Source of the DNA: Paramecium tetraurelia
Lineage: Eukaryota
NCBI GenBank assembly: GCA_000165425.1
Contig: CT868152.1
Span: 62,001 to 126,000 of the forward strand
DNA: 64,000 bases
Direction of reading: 5' to 3'
Position numbers and translations under genes: made by a program. Numbering within the stretch: the first letter of the stretch is position 1; each line of letters begins with the position of its first letter. Under the pieces are notes generated by a model. That model ran no database searches, was not told where the DNA came from, and was given only the letters and a program-made list of their open reading frames with translations. Shown piece by piece: positions 15,501-29,958 of the stretch.

Positions 15501-18500
15501 ATCGGATCGGTTTATTTATAAATATAAGATGCAAAAGCAATTTTATTAGGATACTATTTTTCTTTTTGAAAATCCGATAAATTATATTATTATTATGATG
15601 TTTCTAATTCTTTACATTCAAGAGTAATTGCATTAAAGTAACAAGAAACAGGTAAATTCCTACATACTTCAATATTGATATAGTTTCCAAATTTCGGGGC
15701 ACAAGCGAATTATTAATCATTAAAGTATTTACAGAAATTATTAGGGATCGACTCATTTTAATCATAAAAACACAAGTACCCTTGCGTATAAACTAAGCAC
15801 GCATATTTATTCATTTAATAGTTAGTACATCCACTCCTACTTTAGTAATCTTTAAATTTTTAGCATTCATTATTTTCTCTTTTATAATAATACGCAGCAT
15901 CTTAAATTGATAAGCATGCTTTTTCATTAATTAATTTGTATGAATCTTTTAATGCATTTGGATCGTATTGAAATATTTAACATTAATATTCCTTATCATT
16001 CCACATACATCCTTCTTTTGTTACCTTTAGACATAGAACTTTATTTAGATAGTCATCGCAATTTAATTCTGAAATTTCAGTACCATTTTAATAGCAAATT
16101 AAATTAGCTGAATCCCATCTACATTAACCAATCGTGTTATCATAGCAATATCTATTATTGCCACTAAATTTTGAAATATCGCAATTATAATCTTCAAAAG
16201 TTTCATCTGATTTTATACAATTTTTCTTTTCTTCAGAATAACGCCACTTTTAACCAACAGCATTAATACACTTACATACTTAAAAACTACCTTACCAATC
16301 ATAATTTAATAAAATAGGATTCACATCTTATGTATATTCTAAACATGTATCATTTTAGTAGGTAAAAAAACAATTCGAAATTTTGTTTTCTACACAAGCC
16401 TTAAGGTTTACATTCGAATTACAATCGTAAAATTCATCAAACACATCATCTTTTATAGTTTTACATTATAGGGCATCTGGATCCCATTTACACCAATTAT
16501 TTTTAGTGTATCTTGTACATATGTTCTTATTTCCATTTGCATCTTCACATTTAGAAATATTATATTCAGAATTAACTTGAAATTCTTGACATCTTAAATT
16601 AGTAGAATTATAAGTAAAATATTTCAATTTATTCAATGCTGATTCTGTAGCTTCGATGGCTAAGCAAGCAAATTTATTCAATTATGAAGGTTCTTAAGTA
16701 AAAATTGTCAAATTAGAATATAATTAAAAATTGAGATTATTACAAACTTCTCCATTATGATAACACAGTTAATTAGTCGACCACTCAATCATATGGCAAG
16801 AATTTCTATTCATAGATGAACAAGGTAACTTCAAATCATTATAGTATTTTTTAACTTTATATTAATCAGATATATCAACAGTTTCAACTTTTAGTTCTTA
16901 GCATCTTTAATCACGAAAATAACAATAAACCCCTTTGGTTTAGTCTGAAAATCTACTACATAAATGTGCATTTATTCCAATCAAATTATATTCAGTACAA
17001 CATTTTGTGTTACAATCAATTTTGAGTGGAATTTTACAATTTTTTGTTTTTCCATCAAAGGTACAAAATGTTGAAACATCGGATAAAATTGATGCACAGA
17101 CATTAGGATTTATTATGACGGATGCACCAGAATAAGCGAAACATTTCTCATTGTATGTAATTGATGTTTCAGTGCAAGTATTTAACTTAAATGACCAAAT
17201 GCACGTTTATCCTTTCTTTGTTATTGAAGAGCAAGCAAGTTTTGTTAGATAGATTGATTTGCATTCTTCAGAGTCATAGTAATTAGGTCTTATAATTTAA
17301 TAATCATTGAGATTTGCAACAACTGGTATAAAATCTATTTCTTATTTTACAATGCAAGAGACTTTATCGAAATAACAATTTTTCTTTATTTATTCGCAGC
17401 CAATAGCATTCAATCCATCTGTTTTACAATCAGTTTCCTTTTTAAGATTATTACTGCATCCTTTTTATTCATAAGAATATATACAAGGTTCATTATTATA
17501 CTATGCTAAAGCACAAGCTTAATAGTTAGCATGTTATAAGTCCATGCAGAGAACATTTGCGATATCTTTTCTTTGTTTTATATATGAACATTAATCTTAA
17601 TGCCATCTACAGGGAGTGGATGGAGTAGTAAGAGAGGCGCATAATACTTTATTAATTCCTAATGATAAGTCTTTACATGAAATTGTATATAATTCCTGAA
17701 TTATATTTAAAATCTATTAATTTGAATCAATTGAAACTGATTTACATTGATATGAATTTTGATCATAATAGCAACCAATAGAATTACTTTCATAAACTTA
17801 AGAACAAGATTATGCATTAACAGATTTTAAAGTTTCACATAAAGTGCTATTTTATTGAATTATGATGAATCTACATTTATTTTGATACCATTAACATGTT
17901 TAATGATGTTTTTAAATACTAATACAACCAAGAAAATTAAGAAATGGAGTCTCACATTCATCATAATTTGTACTTGCAACACATAAATTTGTGTTTTTAT
18001 CATATTTACATAAAACATTTGATTTAGATATAGCTTAACAAACATTTCCATTAACTTTCATTAAATCGTTATTAAATTTTAAAGGACAATCAATATCTTA
18101 ATTCATAAATATTCTTTCACAATTATTTCCATTCCATTAACAATATTGAAATTCAGTTTCTAAATTAACACATGCCTATTCATTCAAATCCATTTCACAT
18201 AAATAATTTTTAAGATCTTATTCATTAAGTTCTTAACATTTTCCTCCATAAAAACAACAATTTTTATTTTTTACTAAAAGACAACCTTTCTTTGATAATC
18301 CAATTGTATTGCATTTCAGAGAATGTAATGTATCTCTCTGAATTTTTTAACAGATTTTCTCTTTTCCATTATACATGCAGGCTCCTTTAGAGTTTGAACA
18401 AACAGAAGAATTAACTATGCCTCTAGTGGGACAATCACCTTCTTTACTTTAGAATACTCTACAAGAAGATTCAAACCATTCGCATTGCAATTCATTATTT

Positions 18501-19305
18501 TGATTTGATGAAAGACAGGCATTTATGTTCAATTTAAGATCACATGATGTGATTTAAGAGGGCTCAATAGAACTACAGCGTTTATTTTCAAAAATACCTA
18601 AGATAATTTTTAAATCTTACATTTTTAATCTATTGTTTTAATAGCAATACATGCTTTTTAATTCAATCCCATCTAATTGCAAGTTATTGTATTTAATTAG
18701 TCAATTGGTACTTCTAAACATCTAAAGTTACCATGCTTCCAACTACTCATGCCTACTTAGTAATCTTAGTATACATAAGTCTGATTGAGATTGTTAACAA
18801 GTATAAGGAGTAACAGGCAAATTGGATGCATAACATTAATTTAAGTTAGAATTATCGTCTAAATTTTTACAACTATTGTTCCAAACACAAACTTTTTAGG
18901 GTAAATTCATGCAAGCTAGTTTGTTAATTCTATCAGAACAACTTAACGTCTAAAGTTGCACATCGTTTATTAATCGGCATCTCTCAAGAAAAATGCCTAA
19001 AATATATAGATTTCTACAATTAACATCCTGTCCTTTTTCGTCTGTTAATTAATAAATGCATGCCTCCTTATTTAGGTTAGATGAACAGCCTAAATTTCTT
19101 TAATCTATTTCCAAACACATATTTTCTTCTAAGTCATACCTACCTATAATTTTTGAACAATGTTACATTTTACTAGGCTTGTGCTATTTATACATAAGAG
19201 GGGAGACTGAAGGTAAATGTTACATGTAATCGATGAATTTATTGTTTAAGTATTGATAAACAAAAGTAAGCTAATCAATAGACTATTAAAAAGCAAACTT
19301 CTCAT
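9589..19305 (-). CDS. Giant cysteine-rich repeat surface protein, paralog 2 (~3,200 aa; apparent +1 frameshift at ~14671, so pseudogene or sequence error)
   Basis: Starts MRSLLFNSLLISLLLFINTQ. Ends ...VTISIFIGTKMIFPIFALISFILI-TGA (hydrophobic, GPI-signal-like). Four 5' introns plus one near 9860. Span minus the five introns found is 3n+1, matching the extra base seen against paralog 1. Confidence 0.8.
13930..14956. repeat. Near-identical tract A, copy in paralog 2
   Basis: Matches 3386-4407. ORF-track peptides 3398-3640 and 13942-14184 are almost identical. Confidence 0.92.
17607..18310. repeat. Near-identical tract B, copy in paralog 2
   Basis: Matches 7503-8206. Confidence 0.93.
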
Positions 19306-19665
19306 TAAAAATAGTTAAATTAATTTTTTTAGATAATATAATAAAACTTATAAGGTTTATAAATATTGTCCTTAGTTCAAAAAATAGTTATATCCATTAA
19401 TTAAAAATGATCACGGAGTAAAAAATAATATTTTGGCAAAATTTTAATAGATATTAGAAAAATGGTTTGTTATATATTTTAATTCTATTACGTAAAATTC
19501 ATCTAAACCTATTTGAATTAAACTATTAATTTGATATTTTATCTTAATGGCAACTAATTTAAGTAGAATTGCAAATTTTAATTTTTGTATTATAAATTGT
19601 GTAAATAACTGAAATGTAAGATTATAATAATAGAATAGAATTTTGATACTAAATATAATGAATTA

Positions 19666-22600
19666 TCATAAATTCATTACAATTGTTAGAAAGATGGGCA
19701 TTAGTATATTTGCATTATTTGGGGCTGGTAAGTTGATTTATGGTGCAACAACATTACTTAAATGGGAGGCGCAGATTTTATTGATTGAATCCCAAACACA
19801 TTCATCAGCTTAATTGCATTATAACTGGTTATAGTTGTATTGGCATAATGGTTAGCAAATCTAAATTAATATTGTCATAAAAATACCTTTGATGAATTAT
19901 TGAACCTGCAATGAGTACTTGGACAGTCATCTTGGTTGTGATGTTGACAACTCTTTGATCTACACTTTTTGTTAAGATTGTCATAAGAGCAGAACAAGGA
20001 TTGATTTAAACAGATACAAGAATCTTTGATTTCTTCGCATGAAACACAAGAGAAATCATTCATTTAAACACAGACGTCTGTTCCAATATGTGTACCCATG
20101 CAATCTCCCTAAGAAATACCTAAATATCTGCACCCAGTAGATGTGCATTCTTCAACTTTATTAAGAGTTGCAATCCAAGCACATTGAATTCCTTGCTATT
20201 TTTTAAGAATGCAATTGTCACTGGTAGAGATCTACGAACAATCCAATTGCAATGTACATTTTTCTTATTAATCATCCCAATCACAGTTACTCTATAAGCA
20301 TTATGTCTTTCCCATATATTCACAGCTTCTGATTTTGCAATATCCAACAAAAACACACTCATTGATAAATTATTCACAATTGGCTTAATCTAAATAATTG
20401 CAATTAAGATTCTCACAACCAGTCAATGATGTCTTATTTTTGCATCTTTAGTTGTTAATTTTATAAGTAGAACAATCAAGAGATGTTGCAATTAGTTCAC
20501 TGCAGTTATTTGCAGGTAAACACTGTGATTTAGTATTTAAATAACAAGTAGTATCTCCAATCACAGTTCCTTAACATTCGCTAGCAATCATATCTGAACA
20601 TTTTTTATTTCTGCAAGTACCATAATTTGTGTTTTTCAAATACTAAGTAATATCCTTATTGGTCTTGGATTCTGAAACTTCGAAAAAGCAATAGTCTAAA
20701 TTCTCGCATTTATTATATTCAAGAATGGTTGAACATACAGGGAACTATTCAAGATAAGCAAGACACTGACATTTAGAGTCACTCCATTTACACTCATCTA
20801 AGACATTACAACCTAAAGCACTTAAGCCTAGCGTATTACAATTGTCTGTGATCGTAGACTTAATACAACCATGAGTTAAATCACTATATTTACATCTGTC
20901 TATAGCAAGTGTGCATACTTAATAATTAGCTAATTCAGCCTAATTGCAAAGTACATTTACGTTTGGATCTTAAGCCTGGCACTTCTGATTCTTAAATATG
21001 CAACCATTTATCGAAGAACAAGCGACAGCATTAATTCCATCAACATCACATTTCGTATAAGTTTGAGTAGGAATTTGACATCTATTAAGAGTTTAGTTAA
21101 ACACACATGCATCATCTAATACATACGAACAAACGGAAGAATTCACATCAATAAGCACTTATTCACAAGAAGTAAATGGTATGTACTCTTGGCAAACAAA
21201 ATTACCATCTGAATCCTCCATCCAAGCACATGGTCCAGTCTTTAAATTTAAACATGCAAATTTGTTAAGTCCCTTATCTGAACAGACGGCTGTATTGATA
21301 TCAATAAGATCACAACCAACTTCACCTGAACCACATGGTAGTTGTAGAGAGAGTTGAGAACACAGTTGTGGTCCCAGTCCATCTCTTTTGCAGGTTGTTG
21401 ATTATAATAGTCGATGAGATTATAGTTACTCCTCGACCAGAAGTCTTTTGGCTTCAAATACACAAGTGCGATTTTTTTCATCCCAACTGCATTTCTATAA
21501 GGTATTCTTAACACAAGCCTATTTATTGAGACCAGGAGTCATTGGGAAACAGGTTAAATTATTAAAATCGGTATCTTTAATGCATGTTAAAGTATCTGAA
21601 TTATATCTGACCATATCTCCATTGTTAACTAATGAACAAGCATTACTATTAATCAAAACATAAGTATTAGGAGTGATTATTTCCCCTTTTATTATTGGAA
21701 TTGCTTAGCATTACTCATCATTCCAATAGCATTACACACCTTTCGTAGTAATCTTAAGACAAGACAAATAACTAAGTTGATCTGAGCAATTCCAAGTATC
21801 GAACTCTTTGAACACTTTACATTCACCAATAGTTATTTCGGTTTCTTATTTGGCTAATGATGTTTTTTTAATTTTAATAGTTTATAAATCCCAGAAACAT
21901 TCATTTTTTATTTATTAGGTGCATGAAACCTTATTAATGTTGTTTAAACAATTATTTTAACTTGGTACTTCATTAAATGTTTTACATTGATTATCTACAA
22001 ATTAACATAATTGTCCTGGTCTTTCCACATCTAAACAGGCTCTCATATTGCCAGATGCAACTTCAATATCCTAACATTCGTCATATAATTTTTTTTCTTT
22101 GTATTCACATTGATCTACTTCTGAATTCCAATAGCATGGTAATCCTTAAATCATTTTACATTATGAAGGTGTCTATGCTTGGTCACAATTGGTTGGAGTG
22201 ATAGATCTACATTTTTTAATAGTGGTGTCAAAGATGCAAAAACTGCTACTGATTGATGTACATATATTCCTAGATGCATTTTCAATCAAATTGCAATCAG
22301 TTTTAATTGGATGTATAGTTTAAGCATTAATTAGTCCAAACACAATTAAATTAAGATTAGAATAAGCATGATTCTAAATTGGAAGCGAGGGTACAACAAT
22401 CGGCAACTTGTTTGGGATCACAATTCAAAATCTAATAATTTGGTCCATAACAATAATTCCAAAACTTACACTAGAGTGATTAGGTTGTTTTGTTCAAACA
22501 TGCCAGTGGATTTAGACCTCTGTTGCAACTGAATTCATCAGTTGGTTCTGTTAGAACACACTACTTCTTCTTAACATCATATTTGCATAGTTCATCTTCT

Positions 22601-25600
22601 ACTGATACTTATTCGCAAAACATAAAACTATTAATAATTCCTACTTCTGTACAACTTGTGTCTTTGATAGTTAAGGGATTGATCTCTTAGCACTTCTCAT
22701 CTATAAATTGGCAATATACTCCATTAGTCGTAACATTTTAGCAACCAAATATATTAACAGCATCTTGACATTTAATTGAGGATAAATCTGAAATCAGAGT
22801 ACAACTATTATCTTTAAATTAGCATGCTTCATATTTTACAGCCTAACAATTCGTCTTATTATTGGTTGCATCAGCACAGAGAGAATATTCACCCTCCTCT
22901 TTTTAATAGCAACGATCACTGAATACACAATTCTTATTCGTTGCACATGCAATCTTATTGTATCCATTAGTTTATACACTACAATCAACTTCATCTTCAG
23001 GATTGAGATTTACACATTTATAGTCGGAAGTACTAAAGTAACAACTACTGTCAGTAGGTTTCTCACAAATAATGCTAGAGTTGATATTTTCGTAACTAAC
23101 ACAAGCTTTTGTGAAATCTGTGACTTTTTCGCATTTATTGGTGGTCTTATTGAATATACATTAAGCATTGGGATTAGTAATATTTATACATCCTAATCGA
23201 TTGGCCTAACTGTCGCAATCAAGATACAATAATTATTATGTAGGTATTTCTAAACACTCATCTTTCCAATAGGTTAATTTGCTATCAGCTTCATAGAGTT
23301 GACAAGCTTTGGAATTAAACGAGATTCTATTAGCCCACTCGGTTAAAGTATCTGATTTAAATTCTTCGCACTTCTTTTCATTATCATTGTAATAGCATGC
23401 TGTAGAAGCTTAGGCAGTAGCAAGAGCGCAAACAAGGGGATTAGTTTGTTTGCTAAATACACCACATTTAGCTATATCTGCGTTGATTACTATATCTTGA
23501 CATCCCAGAGTGTCATCAAAATAGCAAAATTGCTTTTTGGTTCTTATAGATAAACACTTGTCTTTGTTGACTAGATCTTTACAATTAGTATTTCCATAAC
23601 TATTTTAGCAAGTACCACCTTAAAAGATACACAATGAACCTTATGTTTGGAATCGGCATCCAATTAAGTTTAACCCTGATTCTTTGCAAACATAAATCTC
23701 ACTTTTATCAATTACTTTACACTAATTGGTTTGGGTATTCAATCTACAAGGCAAATCAGTTCTGGATGCACAAACACTTGAGCTTACAATGGCCTTTTAA
23801 CCTTATAAGGTTTAACAGGTGTCTAGTTTGTCATCTACATCTTAACACTTATTATCCTTAAATTTGCATAATGTTCCTTTGTCTGTGACTATCAAAGAGC
23901 AAGAATACCAATTCAAAGTGTCAGAACAAGATAAAATCTGTTGAAGTGAAGTTTTGGTTTGACTTTAGCATTGGTTATTGGTGTAACTACAAAAAGTGTT
24001 GGTTTTAGTGAGACAGGCAAATTTATTGATGCCAGGTAGGGTACAATCACTAATATAAGGACTTCGATCAGTAATTTAAATGCATCTTTATAAGATTGTG
24101 TTGTAGATGAAGGATTCTTTATATGTCTCACTGCTGCTATCAAGTTTAGAACACACAGATATTGAATAAGGGTAATTTACTTCTGATTTTAAAAAGTCAT
24201 CGATGGTATCTACTGTAAAATCTCCACAAACCCCTTCTGTGAATTTGCAAGTCTTTTTTTAATTTATACAAGCACCAATGCTCAAATTGCTTAGACATCC
24301 AACATCTTAGCTTGGTTATAGTTAACATTGATTATTATCATATTTACAATTGCTGTTTGCTAGGTTGATACAAGCATACTTATTCAGCCCAGGAGTAGTA
24401 CAAGTAAAAGTATCTGTAATGATTGGTTCTCTACATTAATAATTTTAATCTCTAAAGCATAATTTACTTGCATCTTTATTAGTAATAACTAATTAACTAC
24501 ATATTTATGCATTAAAGTATAAGTATACAGGGAGACTTGCATCACTTCCTAGAAAGTCTGAACAGCTGACAAAATTAGCAGAATCCAAAGTAATTGCTTG
24601 ACATTGATTGCTGTTTAACCATCCACAAGGATGTACTTTATTATTTAAGCATCCATATTTATTGGCTTTATCGCAAGTGTAACTGGCATCCATTGTTGCA
24701 TCTTTACACGAACTGGATGTGCTATCCCAGATGCAAGCCTGAGCATTGGAAATTCTGCACAGATTTTGGTTTGGTAATTAACTACATTTTCCCAAAGATT
24801 CAATATAAGCTGTACATAAATTAGTATCTGGATTCACCCAACAATTAGAAACCTTTGAACAAGAGACAGTATTATAAATTGAACAATCACTATTATCAGC
24901 TGTTGTGAATGATTGACAAGTATAATTTAACCATCTACATTCAGCTGTTGTACTTTACAAACAAGCTAACTAATTAAGTTTATCACACTTTGAAGCTTTT
25001 GAACTTGATAATGATTTACATCTCTATTTATTGGAATCATACTCCACTAAATCTCCTGTACATCTAACGCAAGCCTTTTCTGATACTGTTTGATCCACTA
25101 ATTAACTACATGTATATCCTGTTGCATCAACACACATATTTGTGTAGATACAAGATTAGGATACCCTACCACACACTTATTCTGCTTTACTCGAATTTAA
25201 TAAATTGACTTCATAACATAAATAGTACTTATTGGTTTTTAACTCAGTTTCATTATTTTCTTTTGTAAGGGTGAGACTTGTTTCATTTAATTAAGGAAAT
25301 AGTGAAATGGGTGCAATTTGACAATATCCTAAAGTATCAAAATCACATCCACAATAGGTACACAACTTCTTACTAAAACTAGAATCACAAGCAGGTGTAC
25401 AACTGGTATCTTTGGTAATGGTTGTCACACATTTACTACCTTCATAACGACAAATATCTATTGCATTAGCACAAGCACCTTTTGATATACTTTATGCAGG
25501 AACATCGGCGCATTTATATGATGACATCAGAACAGAATTTGAAGTGCATTTAGTTACAGTTCTCTCCAAGGTCTTACAACTTGTTGGAACTGTCTCAGAA

Positions 25601-28600
25601 CTGCTTTCTACTTTACATAATGCATATCTTGATTAACTTTCTACACAGTTATTTTATACAACACTATAAACACTGTCACAACTGGGTAATTTCCTTTCAT
25701 TTTAAGTTAGAGGATTGCACCCTCCTTAGTTTAAGTCAAAGTAACAATTAGCTTCACTCATTTCTAAGCAAAGAGCCTTTGAGTATCTATATGAACATTC
25801 CTTAACATATAGAGCATCTTTATTTTAATCGTTCTAACATTTTGGTACTTCAGTACAAACCTCTTCGGTCGTAGTCTCATTCGTCTCTGGATTTGTTACA
25901 GTCTGGTCCTCACAATGCTCCTCCGTCCCCATAGAAATAGCATGTAAAGTTTTAATATCACATGTGTAAGTGCTTGAATTCCAATAACAATATTTTTCGT
26001 GATTACAAGTTTATTAGTGTTCTTCTTTACCTAAGCATTGAGAAATACCATATGTTCCTGAAATTAAAGAATTTATTGATGAGCATGCCAATTTATTATA
26101 ATATTATCCAGATTTATTTTTTAAATCTGAACATGAATCAGTTTCCTGTATTGTAGTACTCAAACATAATAAAGAAGTCGTATTGAATTGACATTGCTTA
26201 GGAATATCCATACAAACTTAAATGCTGATCAGAGTTGAAGTAGTGCATGATGATTATTCTGCAGTAAATGGTTTACATCGTTTTGAGAGATCAGTTTCAT
26301 CTGCATCGTAATAACAAGAAATTCCTCTGGTCTGTAATAGGCAAGATTATTTATTGGTATAATATTAATTGCATGCACTCATTTAAGAGGACAAAATTGA
26401 GCATAGTTGTGATTCTACACCTTTACTATCAGTCGATACATTATGATAGTATGAGTTTCCTATTAAACTCATGCATGTCTGTTTATTGAATTCACTTCCA
26501 CTTTCAATTTTGTTAAAAGAAGCAGAGTCAAACGATTCTAGTTTGTAGCATTTATATTATGATATGTCCCAAACACAAGGTTCTTTAGTTACCTTTAGAC
26601 ATAAATTCTTATTTAAATTATCATTACAACCCAAGAGTTAAATACTAGTTTTATTTTCATAACACTTTAATGATATTGGATCCCATCTGCATTGGTTTGA
26701 ATTTGTTTTATAATAACAAGCTATTGAATTGCCTCCTTTTATATCACATTTCACTGCATCGACATCGTGAGTAACGCATTTATAGGTGTCATCGAATTTG
26801 CACATTTCTTTACCTTTGGATACTTTTAAACATACAGGTGAACTCACCTATCCAGTTGCTTCAAAAGATGAACAAGTTACATCTGTTTGAGCTTCAATAC
26901 ATCTATCAGTATCATTATTGAATTAACATCCTAAATTTGCATGCTTAATACACGCCTATTTATTTTAATTGTAATTGCAAGTATTTATTTATAAGAATTC
27001 GTCTTTAGGAATTGTTATGCATTTTAAATTTGTAGGATCCCATTTACAATAGCCATCCCCTACAGTTATTTTAGTAGCAAGACATAGATTTCTATTTCCA
27101 ATTACTTTTTCACAGGAATCTTAATCAATTGGGGCATCTTATGAATTGCACTTGTATGCTATTGAATCATAAGTAAAATATTTCTTAGTATTTTTATTTG
27201 TCTTTGCTGCTTCTATACCTAAACAAGCATATTAATTCATTAATTTAGCTGCAGTAACAAACACACTAAAATCATTATAATTTGCATAATTAATATTAAC
27301 ACAAGATGAACCATTGTAATAGCATCTTTATTTGGACGACCATGTAATCATAAAACATGAATTAACAGACATCTAAGAGCATTTGAATTAATTTGCATTG
27401 AAATATATCCTGGCTGTGTCTGCACTCACTATTCCAACATCTTATGTTGTTAATTGTTGACATCTAAGATCATTATTAAAAAAGCAGAAGGTATTGGCAG
27501 CTTTTGATGAATATTTACTACAAGAATGAGCATTTATTCCAATCTTCTCAGGTTCTGTACAACAAGGAGTGGAACAACTATCCTTATTAACTTCACAATT
27601 CGATGTTTTTGAGTTGAATTTACAATTGGCTCTGTTGACATCAACCTTAGCACCTCCAATTGGATCATAATCTGGAAATTCATTCTCTATAGCTGCACAA
27701 GTATTTGCATTTACTACAACATTTTATCCTGAAAAGTTCGAACAAAGAGAATTGGAAGCAACAAATTAATTTTGGCATCTATTTGTCCTAAAAGACCAAC
27801 TACAAATTTATCCTACAGTTACAATCTAGGCACAAATATCAATAGTTGGAGAACTGGAATCACAAGTCATTGTGCTTAATAATTCAGCTTTGGCAGCAGC
27901 AGTAAGTTATGTTTATTATTAATATGGGTTTGAAACATACTAACATGAATTGCTGGAAGTATCAAAATAACAACTTCCACTTGCTACTGCACAGGCATAG
28001 GAATTCAATCCAGGAGTCAAACAATTCATATTACCAACAATGGAATTCACACAACCCCTTTGAAGATCCAAATATCTACATGGTTCTTTGCCATATTCTA
28101 CCAATCCACAAGCATATTTATTAACAAACTAAAGTTGTATACACTAAATTTAGGCTATTTGCTCTTTAGATTTGATTTATGAACATTGATTCTAGTACCA
28201 TCTACACACTTGGCCAGGAGTAGTAATCGAAGCACATATTGATTTATTATAACCAAACTTGGTGTCAGAACAATTGATTGTGTTTAGGAATACTTGTTCC
28301 TCCTTAAGTATAATTGATTTGCACTGCTAATATGATGGATCATAATAGCAACCTAGAGAGTTGCTCTCGTAGACTTGTGAACAAGAGATTGCATTAGCAA
28401 ATCCAAGAGATTCACATAAAGTGTTATTGGGTACTATTTTTACATTGACACATCCATCCTTTGTCCATTAACAAGAGTATCCTGCAGTAGTAATGCTGAC
28501 ACAGCCTTGTAAGTTGAGGAAGGAGGAATTGCAATAATCCTTCTCAGTACTTCTGACACATAGGTGAGTAGTGGAATTATATTTACATGTGACTCCTGGT

Positions 28601-29879
28601 TTGGATATGGATTAGCAGACGTTTCCATTGACTTTGGATTCTGCATTCAGAGAATCTAATGGACAGTTGATATCCTGATTTAATTGGATTCTTGTGCATT
28701 CGACTCCATCCCATTTGCAATATTGAAATTGAGTCTCAATGTTGATACAAGCATCTTCATTCAAATCCATTTTGCATTAGTATACCTTCAAATCAGATAG
28801 TGACATCTCTTGGCAGATTCCTTTAAAGAAGGTACAATATTAATTTTTAATTTGGAGACATGCTTACTTCGTTAGACCATAAGTGTTGCACTTAATCTTC
28901 TCCAATTAATTACTTGTAGGATTGACACATTTCTTGTAGGTTGAATCATACAAGCAAATTCCATCAAATCCAGAACAAACTATTGAGTTGACTTCTGTTA
29001 TTTGTTCACAGGACTATTTGGTGTCAACGAAGTCCTTGCATGCACTGTTTTTCCATTGGCACTTCAATTTTGGGTTTATGATTTATAAACAGCCTAAGCG
29101 ATTCAGCAATAAACCACACTTTTACGGGTATGTTGAAATCACATTCTTACACTGGTTATTTTCAAAAATACCTATAGTATTAATATTTAAACATACAAGC
29201 TCTTAATCTTTTGTGGATATCTATGTACATCCTTATTGGTTTAATCCGAGCTAATCACAAGAGATCTTAGAGAGTAGCTGTTCTGTGACAGTGACACATT
29301 AGTAATCTCCTTTGAAACCACTACTCATGCCTTGAATTATGATTTCATTGAATACATTAAATGTTTTGAATCTTTTGGCACAAAGATGGAGTCACAGATT
29401 CATCGAAGATCTGCGAACAGTCATCTCCCAAGGGTATTTCGTTTTCATATGCCTAACATCCATTATTCCAAATACAATCTTTCTTTAAGGCATTCATGCA
29501 TCCGTATTTGGAATATTTTATTGAGCACCCCAAATTCTTGAAATGCTATTTTTTGGCAGGCTGACACTTAGAAGTGAATATGCCTTTGGTTATATAAATG
29601 AGAATACATGTGGCTTCAGAATCGTCAGGATTCGTTAATTAATTTAAACAAGCCAACTTATTCAAAGTAGGTTCACAACCATAAGTGGTTATGGAGGTTT
29701 CAAGGCACGCATTTTCGAACAGACTAAATTCGCCTAAATTTATTTAAAAACCGATTTATACACATAATTCCATCTGTTTTTGAGATACATGCCTTGGCAT
29801 CCATGGGATAGTAATTACAGAACATCGTCGACCCCATGAAGAAGATCAAGCAAAGCAAAAAAAATCTTGGTAAAACCAT
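19666..29879 (-). CDS. Giant cysteine-rich repeat surface protein, paralog 3 (~3,360 aa, apparently intact)
   Basis: Starts MVLPRFFLLCLIFFMGSTMFC. Ends ...NNANILMPIFLTIVMNL-TGA. Five tiny introns (28, 24, 25, 25, 26 nt). Span minus introns is a multiple of 3. Same four-Cys repeat. Confidence 0.88.
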
Positions 29880-29958
29880 TTTTTAAATATCAAATAAATT
29901 TTTGATACCTAATAAATATGCCTTAAAATCATATAAATAATTATAAAGTATAATAACA

